DNA of 64,000 nt from Somniosus microcephalus (lineage: Eukaryota), in assembly GCA_052327205.1 (NCBI GenBank), contig CM126209.1, positions 43,152,001 through 43,216,000 of the forward strand. Reading direction: 5' to 3'. The translations under genes were made by a program, and so were the position numbers. The notes beneath the pieces are model-generated. The model was given only the letters and a program-made list of their open reading frames with translations, had not been told where the DNA came from and did no database searches. This document shows positions 36,337-49,463 of this stretch, piece after piece (position 1 is the first letter of the stretch; every line of letters begins with the position of its first letter).

Positions 36337-37311
36337 GGGGCTTAATTTTGACAGCGTCCAATATCGGGTGCAAAATGATTGGCGCACTGAACTCGCGTGC
36401 TTGAAGAGAGGGGCTCAAGGCTCATCCTAAAATTGCTCGCGGGCCTCAGTGGAATAAATCCAGCCCTTCCAGACTGGATGCAGGGAGGATGTTCCCGATG
36501 GTCGGGGAGTCCAGAACCAGGGGTCACAGTCTAAGGATAAGGGGTAGGCCATTTAGGACAGAGATGAGGAGGAATTTCTTCACCCAGAGAATGGTGAATC
36601 TGTGGAATTCTCTACCATAGAAGGCAGTAGATTCATTAAATATATTCAAGAAGGAGTTGGATATATTTCTTAAGGCTAAAGGGATCAAGGGATATGGGGA
36701 GAAAGCAGGGACAGGGTACTGAATTTGGATGATCAACCATGATCTCAGTGAATGGCGGAGCAGGCTCGAGGGGCTGAATGGCCTACTCCTGCTCCTATCT
36801 TCTATGTTTCTATGTTTCAAATTTTGGCCAACATGAACGCCAAGTCGGCCGCAGTTAGGGCCGGAGGCGAACGGGATGGGAGCCAGCGCGGGCCGACAGC
36901 TGCTTGCAGTGTTAAGTTGGAAGCTGGAGGAGAATTCCTGCTTTTCCTAGCTCCCAAATTAAGGCAAGTTATGAAAACTTACTTGCTGGTTTCGACCGCT
37001 GCCGCCAGCGGTCACTCAGGACAGCTGGTTAGGCCGCTGCAGAGCCTGAGAAACTAGTCTTAACGAATTTCCCGAAAATAGGTGCAGGACAATATTTTTA
37101 TTTTACGACCGCCTAAAAAGAAGCCCTGACGATTTAGCTGTAGCCCGAATGCATGCGTAAATCAGGCACGGACTGCCGCACTGCTAAACATGTTGTTGCG
37201 CCTGTTCTACAACTGTAAAACGGACACTTCAATGTTGAACTTAGGTCCAAGGTTTTTAATCCAGCCTCAAAAACACCCCTTACCACAGCACCCTGACACC
37301 ATATTCTACCC
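36337..37311. mobile_element. GC-rich Harbinger-like non-autonomous element interrupted by CR1
   Basis: Starts GGGGCTTAATTT, ends ATATTCTACCC; CpG-rich interior; right part resembles 56170-56290. Confidence 0.45.
36471..36818 (+). mobile_element. CR1 3' fragment (young subfamily)
   Basis: RMFPMVGESRTRGHSLRIRG..RNFFTQR; tail (TTCTATGT)n; near-identical to the reverse complement of 60688-61035. Confidence 0.92.
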
Positions 37312-39309
37312 TAGTCATTTTTTGTGATCAGAGTTAGAAAATACCTATTTTCCTGCAAACTTGCAATTCAGTCGCAGTGACTTTTATACCATCAGCCTGG
37401 ATCAAACCCAGCTTCCAGAGGTAAAACAATATTGTTGCTAACTACTGCAGTCCAAGGAACAAAAGTGGTTTGAAAGCAGCTACTACGGATATACCCAGCA
37501 CAGCTCAATCTGCTGTCAGCTACATTTACTGTTTTAACAACTAGTTGAGAGGACGATGATGGCAGAAGTGGTTTATTTGTTATTTTGTCAGAAGAACAGG
37601 GAACTTGTCAACAAATGCTGCAAACTCATTCAGAATGGTTAACAGAAAATGGCTGCCTGTGTCACTAAGCTGCTTGCCCGATTCGATCCGTGGCAGGCAT
37701 TCGTTGTGAGGATTTTTCTTGCCCTTACCAGATGTTGGAAAACTGCAGAATTACTTTTGCCAATATAAACTGACACAAAACTAGTTTACAAAACATCAAC
37801 TAAGTATAAATGAACAAAGATATTGAGGGACTTTTGCTTTATGCAGTGGATTCAAACTGTTCCACAAAGAAAGCATGATCAAATTGATTTAAGTAGGATC
37901 AAAAGGATGGTGGAATAATAAAGACTGGGTTGTTTCCTTCAGTAACAGACTTCATGAAATTCACACAGAGTACAACCAACTTGTGCTTCTGTGCAACAGC
38001 TTGAACTGGCCCCGCAAGTTTCATTCCCGTCAATGTTCTAATATGGTTACTGAGGCTGGAGCACGTTCCCTGGGTGGTGGCAGTACACCGGTAACTCGTC
38101 CAAGTAGTCATTCTTCATGCCCAGACAGAAAAAAATTTGGTAGGCTACTCTGGGCTGAGGTCCCCGCTGGCCATGGGGCTCTGAAACTACTTGCTGTATT
38201 CTCACTGCCACCTCAGCAGACTTTGGCCTACTCGAGGGGGGGGGACACTGAAAGGGGAATAAGAACACCAGGTGATATCAACTAACTCAGCATAGGGCGA
38301 GGATAGAACCTGGGCCCTTCCTGCTCTGTGTGGGGGCCCAGTACCACACCGGGTGAGATCAGGTGACCGTGAGAGAGATGGGTGTACAGGACAGCAGATA
38401 ATGAGACTTATTACAAAGAGAGAGACTCCAATAAAGAAAATCTTCACATTGTTAGTAATAAATCCTGCATAGTATAGGAGCAAAAGTAAATAGTTGAATA
38501 ATCAAGAGAATTTTATAATGTTATTAAGACATACAAATTTTTTTTTTCCCAATAGCACAATCTGAGGGTTAAGAGAAATGTAAAATATTGAATCAGTGGA
38601 CAAAGGCATCTAAACAATCTCAAAGGTGCTTTCAACAAAGGACACCCATTAATGAAATAATGCTCTAAATGGAGATACAGATAAAAATAAAAATTAAATG
38701 TAACCAATTTGGGATAGTTGAGCAGCACTACCCATGGCAACACACATAAGTGCAGTGCCTCGAGCTACTTACCCACTGCAATCATCAAGTGCAAAGCATT
38801 GGCGAGCGGGCATTGAGGAATCATTTGAAATGTATTTTGGCTGCACAATTGTGTCTGCAGCTGGAATCTAGGAGGGGGGATGAAATAAGGGAGGAAATGG
38901 TCTCACATGACGTATTACAAATTTAGAACTCATTTCCTCCTTGGATAGAAGAAAGAATTTTGAGGGAAAAAAAGCACAAGGCAACTAAAGCATACTTGAC
39001 TGACTAAGCAGCATGCTATACAGGAGGAGGAGTACAATTAGTGCCCCACCGTAACAATATATTAGTACCTGTACAGCATTAACACCACTACTGATCTCTC
39101 TGTAATTAAAGCACACCATCGCAAATGGCTGGGAGGGGGAGGAGAGGAGGGTTCAAGGTTTATATTGCACCACAATATATTTACTTCAGAAAATGTGCAA
39201 AACCTTTTTTATTGCTGCGATAGATACTAAACAAAGTACCCGAGTTTCATCTTCGCTGGCACTCCACAACATTGCACCCCAAACCCTTTGCCAACAAAAT
39301 CCTCTTGCA

Positions 39310-40275
39310 TGCCTTCAACACCTCCACACTTGAGTACACCAACACTCGCCTTCCTGGCCTCCCATCCTCCACCCTCCATTAACTCCAACTTGTGAAAAAC
39401 TCTGCTGCACATATCCTGCTCACTAAACCCATAATGCTTCAAATTTTAAATCCCTGTCTTCATCTTTAAATTCCTCCATGGTCTCATCCCACCCAAACTC
39501 TGCAACCTCCACCAGCCCTATAGCGCCCCCCATCCCCCCCCCCACCAAACTCTCCATTCCTTTGACCCGCTTGCACAACTCCCTCCCTTCGTCCCACTAT
39601 TGGGAGTAGAGAAAATGAAAGACTTGCATTTATATAGCATCTTTCACCACCTCAGGATGCTTTACATCCAATGAAGTACTGTTTGAAATATAGTCACTGT
39701 TGTAATGTAGGAAACGTGACAGACAATTTGCGCACAGCAAGCTCCCACAAACAGCAATGTGATAAAGATCAGGTAATGTTTTTTTAGTGATGCTGATTGA
39801 GGGATAAATATTGGCCAGGACATGGGGATAACTGCCCTGCTCTTCTTCGAATTTGTGCCATAGGATCTGTTACGTTCACCTGAGAGGGCAGACGGGGCTC
39901 GGTTTAACGTCTCCTCCGAAAGACGGCACCTCCGACACTGCAGCACTCCTTCAGCACTGCACTGGAGTGTCAGCCTAGATTTTTGCGCTCAAGTCTCTGG
40001 AGTGGGACTTGAACCCACGACCTTCTGATTCAGAGGCGAGAGTGCTACCCACTGAGCCTTTAGTCGCCTGAGTCCGACCCTCTGGAATTCCCTCCCTGAA
40101 CCCCTCCACTTCTCCCTCCTTTAAGAATTACCTCAAAACCCATCTCAGTGACTCAACTTTTAGTCACCTTTCCAAATCTCTCCTTCACTGGCTCGGTGCC
40201 CACTTTCCATTCACTTGTCTGTGAAGTGTCTTGGGTGGTTTTTACGTTAAAGGTGCTACAGTAATCCAAGCTGAT
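39310..40275 (+). mobile_element. Old L2 3' fragment split by a SINE
   Basis: CTGGCCTCCCATCCTCCACCCTCCAT, CTCCATGG.CTC before the SINE and CTCTGGAATTCCCTCCC..TTACGTTAAAGGTGCTA after it. Confidence 0.7.
39612..40037 (-). mobile_element. SacSINE1/DeuSINE-like SINE
   Basis: Colinear with 955-1423; intact B-box (plus strand GGGACTTGAACCC) and A-box. Confidence 0.88.
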
Positions 40276-41128
40276 GTTAGGAGCTTCATGGGCTATAAAT
40301 TATGTTGAAATGATTAATTTGCATATATCTCAAACTGCAGATACTAACTTGGTGTTCCGATTTAGGATTTGTCAACCAATAAGGCACACCCACAAAATTC
40401 AAAAGAGGAGAAACCAGTAAGAGATAAAAGTACAAAGAGTCTGAGTTGTCTGGGCCTCAAGGGCTGAATTGCCAGGGGTCATGGGCTGCATATGACCTTT
40501 GGGCTATAGTGTGCACACTGCAGCCTTAAAATGATTCCTCATCAATATGAACAGATTTTGCATCTCAATGTTTTTCAAAGGTGCATTCTTGTTTGAAAGA
40601 AATCACAGTAACTAGGAATCCAACGAGAGCGTTGAAAGAAGGTCCTACCAGTATGATTACAGTGATGCTCTCAGCTCATTCCAGGAGTACAATAGAAGCT
40701 CATGTTTGCAGCAGTCTCTTATTTTTATTTGTACCATGTGTATGGATCGCTTTCCAGTGACGCATGTGTATTTCTGGCCTGCATTACTTTTCCTCACAGT
40801 GAGTGCCGCCAATGAGACTGTGTGATCATGCTTTAACAGGAAATCACTCATAATCTAGCTTCAACTGCTCAGAAGACCAGTCAGTCAAACTAACCACCAG
40901 AAAAAAAAACAATTCAATATAGCCTGGATGCTATTCCTATATCTCCCAGTTGATCTCCAGTTGTAGCAGGCAACAAATTTCTGCGAGACTAAATCTAACC
41001 AGGCCCGCCTCACACCACGCACTGATATACTGACACTCACAAGTGGATCTTATCACACTGCACTTGCCAGCTGTTGAAATACGAACTACAACTCAGACTG
41101 AGCACCAGATGTGAAAATGTTTTGAGAG

Positions 41129-41153
41129 ACACACACACACACACACACACACA
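41129..41153. repeat. (CA)n microsatellite
   Basis: About 12 AC units. Confidence 0.95.
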
Positions 41154-41247
41154 ACCATCCTTCTGTTACACTTCTGTGGCACAACCTTAGGCAACATTTA
41201 TTCTAGCAACATTCTTGCAGCTGATTGGCTCATGCAAATTTCTTATA

Positions 41248-41600
41248 CAGGAAACTTTGGTTTATCCGGAGGTTGTATGTCCGGAAACCTCGATCTAACG
41301 GCAGAAATCAGCAGCCGTTTTGTTAGGTTTTTTTTCTTCCCCTAGGTATTTTTTCTTCCCCTAGCATTTTTTTAAACAGTCAGGCTGTGGAAAGCGTCTC
41401 TGTAGCTTAGCAACAGCTTCAGAGACGCTTCCAAGGTACGGGCCGAGTGTTTACAAGCTGTTGCTAAGCAACAGTGTTTGTTGTCAGATACGGAGATGAA
41501 AACCTCCGTATCCTTCAACATTAGCGCTGGTCTATCCGGAAGTTTTGATCTAACGGCACCAGCTCGGTCCCGTCGGTGCCGGATATCGCGAAGTTTCCTG
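41248..41600. mobile_element. Tc1/mariner-type MITE, copy B
   Basis: TA|CAGGAAACTT...AAGTTTCCTG|TA; internal repeats TCCGGAA..GATCTAACGGCA. Confidence 0.85.
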
Positions 41601-41748
41601 TATTGGATTCACTAATACGTAAATACGTTAGCTGATCAGTAGCAAACTAAAATCCTGTTTCACGGTTTCAATGTTTAATAATAAAATTAATCTTTGACAG
41701 TATTTTTTCTTATTTAATAGAGTTGCAGAACAGGAACTACTTCTACCA

Positions 41749-42058
41749 CAGGAAACTCTTTGGTATCTGGCACCGACGGGACCAGGATGGTGCCGGTTGA
41801 TAAAAAAATTCCGGATAACGGAGAGGTATATCTACCAAGGCTATTTTTAACAAACAAAAATAAAAAAATCAAGAAATGTGCAGTATAATTGGGTACTCAC
41901 CTACAGAATGTTGTGTTAAATGGATGGTGGAGTACAGTAATGCCAGTTGAGGGTAATCCATAACTCTTTAATTACTTAACAGTAAAACAAAACTTATAAA
42001 CGACTGTATACTGTAGTTTTCGGAGTGAGAATTGTGCCGGTTATTAGAGAGTTTCCTG
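41749..42058. mobile_element. Tc1/mariner-type MITE, copy C
   Basis: CAGGAAACTCT...AGAGTTTCCTG|TA (left flank CA); first ~230 bp closely match 53340-53590. Confidence 0.85.
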
Positions 42059-43374
42059 TACACGGTTCTCTTCAACTTGCCCACATTACAGAACTCCCAC
42101 CAGCAACTCTTATCAGCTCTTTGCTGATAGATACATGGAGCCCTTAAAGGTAGCCACCCATTCACCTCCCCCAGGCCACATTACTCCAAAGTCTGTCTCC
42201 TGCCTGCCTTAACCTCCGCCGCTTCCCACTCCGCACCCAAGCTTTAGGGCATCACCTACTGCTAACAGTGCACCTCCTCACCCTGCTGGCACGTGCAACT
42301 AAAATAACTCCTCCTGCACCATTTTCAACCTACTTACCTTTCATAGCTCTACCACCAGGTCCTCTACAAATAGTGCCGACCTGAACTCCAGCCACTCACC
42401 CTTCTCATACTCCTCCCCCAGGCCCTGCTGCTCTCAATTCCACCTTCTGGTGGAATGCAAGTTGTTGTTGTTGGTATTGTTGCATGTTCCGCCATCATTG
42501 CCACCATTTCCCTCGCCTTTTCTCTCTTTTCCCTTTGCTGTTTATCTCTCATATTGTCGCTCAACCTGCCCACACTCGCTATCTGGCCCTCCAGGTGATG
42601 GACAATTTAATTTCTTCCCCGTTTAACGCAACAACCAGCAGGCTTCATTACTCTGCATTTTCTTAACAATGTCTAAATATTTGTATCCAAGTGCATCCCT
42701 CTCTATTTATCTATTTTTTATTTCCTTTCATGACTGGTCCCCTGCATTTATATCAATCGTAGCCCCACTTACTGTATTTCCTTCTTTCCCATCTCACACT
42801 TTTACTTTCTTTCACTCATCTTTCGGTCACAGCCTTTCTTCTTTTTACGACTTTCCTAGACCCTTGCTCCACCATCTGCCACAACAAGCGACAGGTAACA
42901 CCCAACCCATCCAACTCCATCAGCAATGCCACATAAGCTCCACTGCATTATACAACAATGCATTATATTCCACATAAATGTCATTTCTAGCATTATACAT
43001 CAGCGTATCCTCTGACTCACTCAGGGATTCACTAAATGGTGTACATTACAAAAATATATGTCTGGAGTGCATTTCTTGTCCATCACACTTCAAACGACAC
43101 AAATAAATTTCTGCATTACGCTTCAGAGTATAAAGGAACAGGCAAGGAACGCAAAATGCTGGAGCCAGGATGTCTGCAGCTTCTCAACTGATATCTTTAC
43201 AAACTCACTCAGTCTTTCTTTGACACCAACTGGACTCTGCAGCCTTAAGGGGACACAAGCCTACACTTTTGCAGAGCAACCATACATTACGTTTTACATG
43301 ATTGTATGTTCCTGTCCGTAAAAAAAGGCACTACTTTGACTTACCTGAAACAGCACTACAGATTTGCTTGTTTA

Positions 43375-44161
43375 TCTATCTATATATATAAACCGGTACG
43401 TCTCTCTGTCTGTCTGTCTCTCTGTCTGTCTGTCTGTCTGTCTGTCCGGCTATACAATCAAAAGTTATAGAGCGTACCTACACGTATGTTATATCAAAAG
43501 AAACCTTATCGTTAGGGGACTCTCGTAGGCGTATTTACTTTTTCATCAGACAAAAATTGTTTGGACAGTATACAAAAAACGTTCAAAAATCCGCAAAAAT
43601 CCACTCATTAGCGGTTGACCAATCCTACCTCTCATTAGCTTTGAGTGACGTGCTGCTTGACCAATCCTACAGTTCACTCACCTGATGGTTGACCAATCAG
43701 TGCGTCACGGGCGGGTCCTAATCCTCCAGTCTCCCTAAACTTCGCTGCCATTTTTTCCATCCCCACAGGGACAGCAGCAGCAAAAGAAACCCCCACATTG
43801 CGGCTCCCGATCCCGCTCCCGCCCCGCCAGAGCGGCAGGTAAGTTGGGCTCACTCGGGCCGCGCCTCGCAACCGCTCGGCCCGACACACACAGCGGTCGG
43901 GGGAGCGGCAGCGGCCGGCCATCAGCCACGCAATCCGCGGGGGAGCTCAACTCGGGTCTGTCTCGGCCCTGAAGCGCTAGGCCCCGCACGGCCGGTATCA
44001 CAACGGCACCGGGCCTCAGGCGCTAGGCAGGGAGAGGGGAGGGGAGGGAGCGAGAGGACAGCACAGGGAGAGGGGGAGAGGGAGAGAGAGGGGGGACAGA
44101 CAGGGGCAGGCAGACCGCGCGGCCCAAAATTGCCCTGGCAACGCCAGACACCCCCTGCTAG
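43375..44161 (+). mobile_element. Non-autonomous Helitron with promoter-like cargo
   Basis: 5' A|TCTATCTATATATATAAA, (TGTC)n microsatellite 43401-43446, 3' hairpin CTGGC-AAC-GCCAG (44135-44147) 10 nt before terminal CTAG|T; inserted between A and T with no TSD. Confidence 0.88.
43615..43844 (+). promoter_or_regulatory. Pol II promoter-like cassette and first-exon donor inside the Helitron
   Basis: TTGACCAATC three times (CCAAT at 43619, 43661, 43693), CRE-like GTGACGTG (43645) and TGCGTCAC (43701), GC box GGGCGGG (43709), YY1-like GCCATTTT (43747), donor CAG|GTAAGT at 43838/43839, followed by CpG-rich sequence. Confidence 0.65.
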
Positions 44162-44220
44162 TGTATGTATAAAAATGTTGCATCGAGTGTGCACTTCATC
44201 GTTCACATTTCAGGCTTTGT

Positions 44221-44285
44221 ACTTCCTGCGTCACACCCCAGGCATCACACTTGATATGTACATCATGCTTTCACATGATTGGCTC
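44221..44285 (-). promoter_or_regulatory. Candidate host-sense promoter (CCAAT plus CRE-half/ETS)
   Basis: Minus strand GAGCCAATCA (CCAAT 44278-44282), then GTGACGCAGGAAGT (44221-44234); strong minus donor CAG|GTAAGT at 43345 just beyond the Helitron. Confidence 0.35.
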
Positions 44286-44357
44286 AAATTTCATATTCAT
44301 AAGGCAGCACTCAAATCACAAGTGGTGACATAGGGAACGTATAAATCAATTACAGTA

Positions 44358-45370
44358 TCGAATTACAGTATGCAGACGACGCTTGTGTCTACGCTCACTC
44401 AGAGGTCGAACTCCAAGCCATCGTCAACACCTTCACCGAAGCGTACGAGAGCATGGGCCTTACACTAAACATCCGTAAGACAAAGGTCCTCTACCAACCT
44501 GCCCCCGCCACACAGTACTGCCCCCCGATTATCAAAAATCAAGACAAGGCCTTGGACAACGTGGACCACTTTCCAAACCTCGGGAGCCTACTGTCAACAA
44601 GGGCAGACGTCAATGACGAAGTCCAACACCGCCTTCAGTGTGCCAGTGCAGCCTTCGGTCACCTGAGGAAGAGAGTGTTTGAAGACCAGGACCTCAAACC
44701 CGGCACTAAACTCATGGTCTACAGAGCAGCAGTGATACCCGCCTGTTGTATGCCTCAGAGACATGGACCATGTACAGCAGGCACCTCAAAGCACTGGAGA
44801 GTTACCACCAACGCTGCCTCCGCAAGATCCTGCAAATCCATTGGCAGGATAGGTGCACCAACATCAGTGTTCTTGCTCAGGCCAACATCCCCAGCATCGA
44901 AGCTTTGACCACGCTCGATCAGCTCCGATGGCCTGGTCACATTGTCCGCATGCCCGATACAAGACTCCCAAAACAAGCGCTCTACTCGGAGCTCCGGCAC
45001 GGCAAGAGAACCCCAGGTGGGCAGAGGAAATGCTTCAAGGACACCCTCAAAGCCTCCTTGAAAAATTGTAACATCCCCACTGACACCTGGGAATCCCTGG
45101 CCCAAGACCGCACAAAGTGGAGAAGCATCCGGGAAGGCGCCGAACACCTTGAGTCTCTTCGCCAGGAGCAAGTAGAAGCCAAGCGCAGGCAGTGCAAGGA
45201 GCGCACATCAACCCAAGCACCCCACCCACCCACCCACCCCTTCAACCACCGTCTGCCCCACCTGTGACAGGGACTGTAGGTCCCGCATTGGACTCATCAG
45301 TCACCTGCGAACTCATTTTTAATGTGGAAGCAAGTCATCCTCGGTTCTGAGGGGCTGCCTAAGAAGAAGA
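44358..45370 (+). mobile_element. 5'-truncated RTE (BovB/RTE-1-like) LINE
   Basis: LQYADDAC, GLTLNIRKTKV, YASETWT..YHQRCLRKILQIHWQDR, GHIVRMPDTRLPKQALY, C-terminal CPTC..CRSRIGLISHLRTH; tail CTGCCT(AAG)n. Confidence 0.93.
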
Positions 45371-48300
45371 CTTTCCTGTCACACTAGTTCCATCATGTTA
45401 TTTCCATCATACCCGTCTGTCATGATTAAATTTACCTATACATTTACTTACTTCTGGGTCCTCCAGCTTCACCTCCAAAATACACTTACCTTCGAGGCCT
45501 CCAGCTCCATTCCCAAGACTGTTCGCCACAGCCCTACCCACCCGAAAGCTTACAAAATCGGCCTCTGTCCCGATGCTTCCTAGGTGCTTTCTCCCTCATT
45601 GATAATACCCTCCTCAGCCTGATGTGACCCTAAGCCCCACCTGTCTGTATCCACTGTCACCCCCGCCTGAACACCCCGAACCTGTGCGCCCAACCCAATT
45701 CCCCTGCCCGCATCAGAGTTACAGCCCAAGGCCCCACCCTCACAAAATGCTCTTTTGTTGCCTTAAAAGTCCGAAAAGGTCTTAAACAACATTGAACTGG
45801 TTCCTGCTAATGGCCGGGCATGTGGCTTTCCTGACCAGTGAGGGAAGAATCCCCAAAAGGTTTTCCCCAGCACTGTGCACAGGCGAGCTTTTATTTAAAA
45901 TATGTCCTCACCAGTAAGCATGGAGTGACAGATTTTGCAGCTCAGTGCCGGGGAAACCCTTTTCTAGACGCCTGGGAAGTGAAGGGAATTAGTTTTCCTT
46001 CAGCTGCTCTCCCCCACACTGGCTCTCCGTAGCGGTATCTTCCTGCCTCCAATCTCCTTCCTACAATGTCTCCCTCCTCCCATCCCCACCCTGTGTAACC
46101 ATAACTTCCCTCACTTCCTCCTCACCTAATGTGGACCCCCCATGTCTTTCTCTCTGCTGCCACCTTTCCAAGAAAACCCCAATTGCGCTTTTTATTTTAA
46201 GCAGCAGCTGTAACCACTCCTGTACTCTGCCGGCACTATCCCAGTTCTGCCACACCCAAGTCAACATTTCCTCTCCCCCTCCAGTACTCTCACACCCCAA
46301 CCTCATTACTCCCAAATACCAGAACCCCCCCCCCCACCCCCACCAAATGCTCCAACACCCCACAACCAATTCCCTGCTTCTCCCAGACCCTCACCGATGC
46401 CACACCCGCCCCCCACCTTCAAGTCTCCCACATTTCAGAATACCCTCTGACTCGCAATGAGTGCCATCATAGGAGAGTTACTAGTTTATTTCCTCTATCT
46501 AAACAGACAGCACAAAAATGCAGAGGGGGGAAACCAGGACTTGGTTTTAAGAGGCAAAAAGCATGTTAAAATGCATGTTAAGTAAATACTGATTCTTTTG
46601 CAATGCCTATTACATTGATCTTCAAATTCTTCAACACTTTGACAAATGCTAGAAATTAGCGGTTTTCAATTCCTGCATCATGTCCTTAGTGCTGCAATTT
46701 TCTATTAAAGAAACCCATTATTATTGTACTCCCATCCAATATAAATACAGTTAGATTAAAGATATAGTGGCCAGATGCATATTATTTAGTTTTCCTTTTT
46801 ATTGTTAGCGGTCTGCTCCATACAGTCTGCAGCAACTCAAAATTCAACCATTGTTAAAGAGGGGGAGTTTCAGAAAGCATGGTGCTGCTTGCGTGTGACA
46901 GATGAAAATGACAAACTCTCCATCCCCAGAAACAAGAATAGCACCTCTTTAACAAAGGAAGCAAAAATTTAAACAGTGATGACGCCAGTGCAATACCACC
47001 TCTTTCAGAATCGCTATGAATCTTAGCAACGCACCATAGCAACAAAGTGTGCTAGACTCTATCACTGGATTCTGCTGGGTACCACTTCACCTTGGTGGGA
47101 GCGAGTGCCCGGACCAAAACCCAATTATAGAACAGGAATTCTGAGAAACGTCAGCAGTTTCTTTATATTGTAGAACTGCGATTGGATAAATGGTTCTCAT
47201 TTGTAACCTCCAAACTCTATTTATTTATTTAATACAATAAAATATTATCTATCTTCTGCTGGATCAGAAGAGATCAAAATGTAAGTTTATTTTGAATAGA
47301 TTAATTGCAAAAAATTTTAATATTATTATTTTTTGGCTTCTTTCTACGCAATCATTAAGGGTATTGGATCTTTTTATGTTAATATTGAAGACCAAAGATT
47401 TTTTCTGCGGAAGGGGAGCTTCTTACAAGAAGTTGAATCACATAAAATGCTTTTTTTTTGCAGGAAATTAGCAATTAAATGCTAGGACAGAAAGGTCTTC
47501 TTTAAACTCTACAAATTGTGAAGAGACAGTTTTTTCCTTGGGGGCAAATAATGCAGTCTTGGCATGATGCAGGAGTGATGCCATAATTACACAACTCAAG
47601 GACCCAGTTGAACATAGCACACTCACAATCACTTGTATGTTATGTGACGTCCCACCTGCAGCATGCGATATTCTCGATATCCCATGTATTGCCAGTCAGC
47701 ACAATTGGATTAGCAGGATTTTATTTCACCAAACCACTTTTTTCCTGACAGACGTGCTCCTCTGTTACTGTGTAAGTTCAGACTCAGTGAGGAGTGCTCA
47801 GTGTGCTATACGGGAGAAAGCTATACCTGAGGTTCAAAACGAGGCGAAGTGTTAGAATTCAAAATGGAATCACTGTGCACACTGCTCGTCAGCTCCGCTG
47901 TCTGTATTGGACTGTAAAGTTGTTTCAAGAACTGAAAAACTGAAATGGCTGCAGATCTTTATAAAACACAAAGTGAACTCTGTCTTTCACCATATGTATG
48001 AACATCTAACAGTGCAATTTATTAGTTTCCAACTGAAAGGATCGCCCACCTCATTGAAATATTTAGGGTAACGGAAATCAATGGCCCTACTGGATTACCA
48101 GAAAAATAACAATAATTATGTTAGGAACATTTTTGAATCAAAACTCCCTTTGAGAATTGAAGGTTAAAGAATATATTCACATTATTAAATCAACATCAAC
48201 AGAAGTCTGCCAGATGCCTGTATGCAGTTTCCATAGACATCCATAAGGGGGCACTTTAATCTGCAACTGATCTCTAGTTACACTGCAGCAGCCTCTACAG

Positions 48301-49463
48301 TGACAGCCGTCTGGTATATATCAAGCTGTGCTGTGTCAAAGAATGGATCTGCTCTGTGTCAGGGACTAATCTTTTTAATTAAGAATACAACATTAAATAA
48401 TAATTATTAATACATACATACAAAGAAAACAAGTATTATAACTGGTGAGAAACTAGAAGTGATTATGTTTCCCCCAATTAAACCTTCAAACCAGCCTGCA
48501 GCAGGATGATGTCAGAACATTTTGACACATTACCGTATGCAGCATGCTCTGCTCCGTGAGTCAAACTCCACTCTGAATAACATGACAGCCACAGCATTTC
48601 ATTCTGTTATAATGTGCTCTGTGACCATTTAGCGCCTGCTGGTGTAGCACTAAACTAACTTGCTTCACACAGCTGTAGTCACAGGGACAACTTCCAGCAG
48701 TGACCGAGTCTAGAACGTGTCACCCACGTGTGGTGGTGTTCATCAGTTCTTAAGGAGACCACAGTGCCACTTAGTATCTATGTCAGCTAACCTACCTGCC
48801 CTCTTCCCCCCACACCCTCAGTCTGGATTGACTCCATCGTTTAAATTGCGGTGTATTAAGGACCCATTTATTCATCTTCCAATGACAGAACATGAGGAGA
48901 GCAAAACACACACACAGAGTTCCTTTACCAATAATGCATACATTGAAAAATTAATTAACAGCAAAATCTAAGCGCTTCTCTGAGAATTTCACTGCAATGT
49001 TTTAAGACCAGTGGGAACGGGAAAAATGCAGACACAAAATGAGATTTAACCAACTCAGAACCAAAAGATTAGAAAAAAACCCTAGAAATCCTTAAGTCTA
49101 TTCCAAAAATGCTGTACCAGATGTATCTTTCTCCAGTTTTACTTTATATAATACTTCCCACTTCAAACTTACAGAAATGGAACTAACGTTCTGCAACAAA
49201 ATATCTGAATTTTAAAAGCTTGATAAACCCTACCAGCCTATGGGATCCAAAACCTTTCCTCATTTATTCCCATGTTGCACAAAAGTAAATTATGAATTTA
49301 AAAACTTTGCCAAGAAACTAGGTATTAATTTTACATAAATTTAGACGTTTGTGCAGCACAGACCACTGAATAAATGTCTGTGCCTCGTTTGTGGTAACTG
49401 AGACAATTTCTTATTCTACTTAATCCCATTAACTACCTCAGTTAACTGATGTGAAAACAGTAT

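Noticed and set aside
43674-44206. Overlapping GC-rich ORFs, and reading the CpG-rich block as the main CtBP promoter
   Set aside because: The ORFs are a by-product of GC richness. The block lies within Helitron termini and its motifs and donor face the plus strand, opposite to CtBP.
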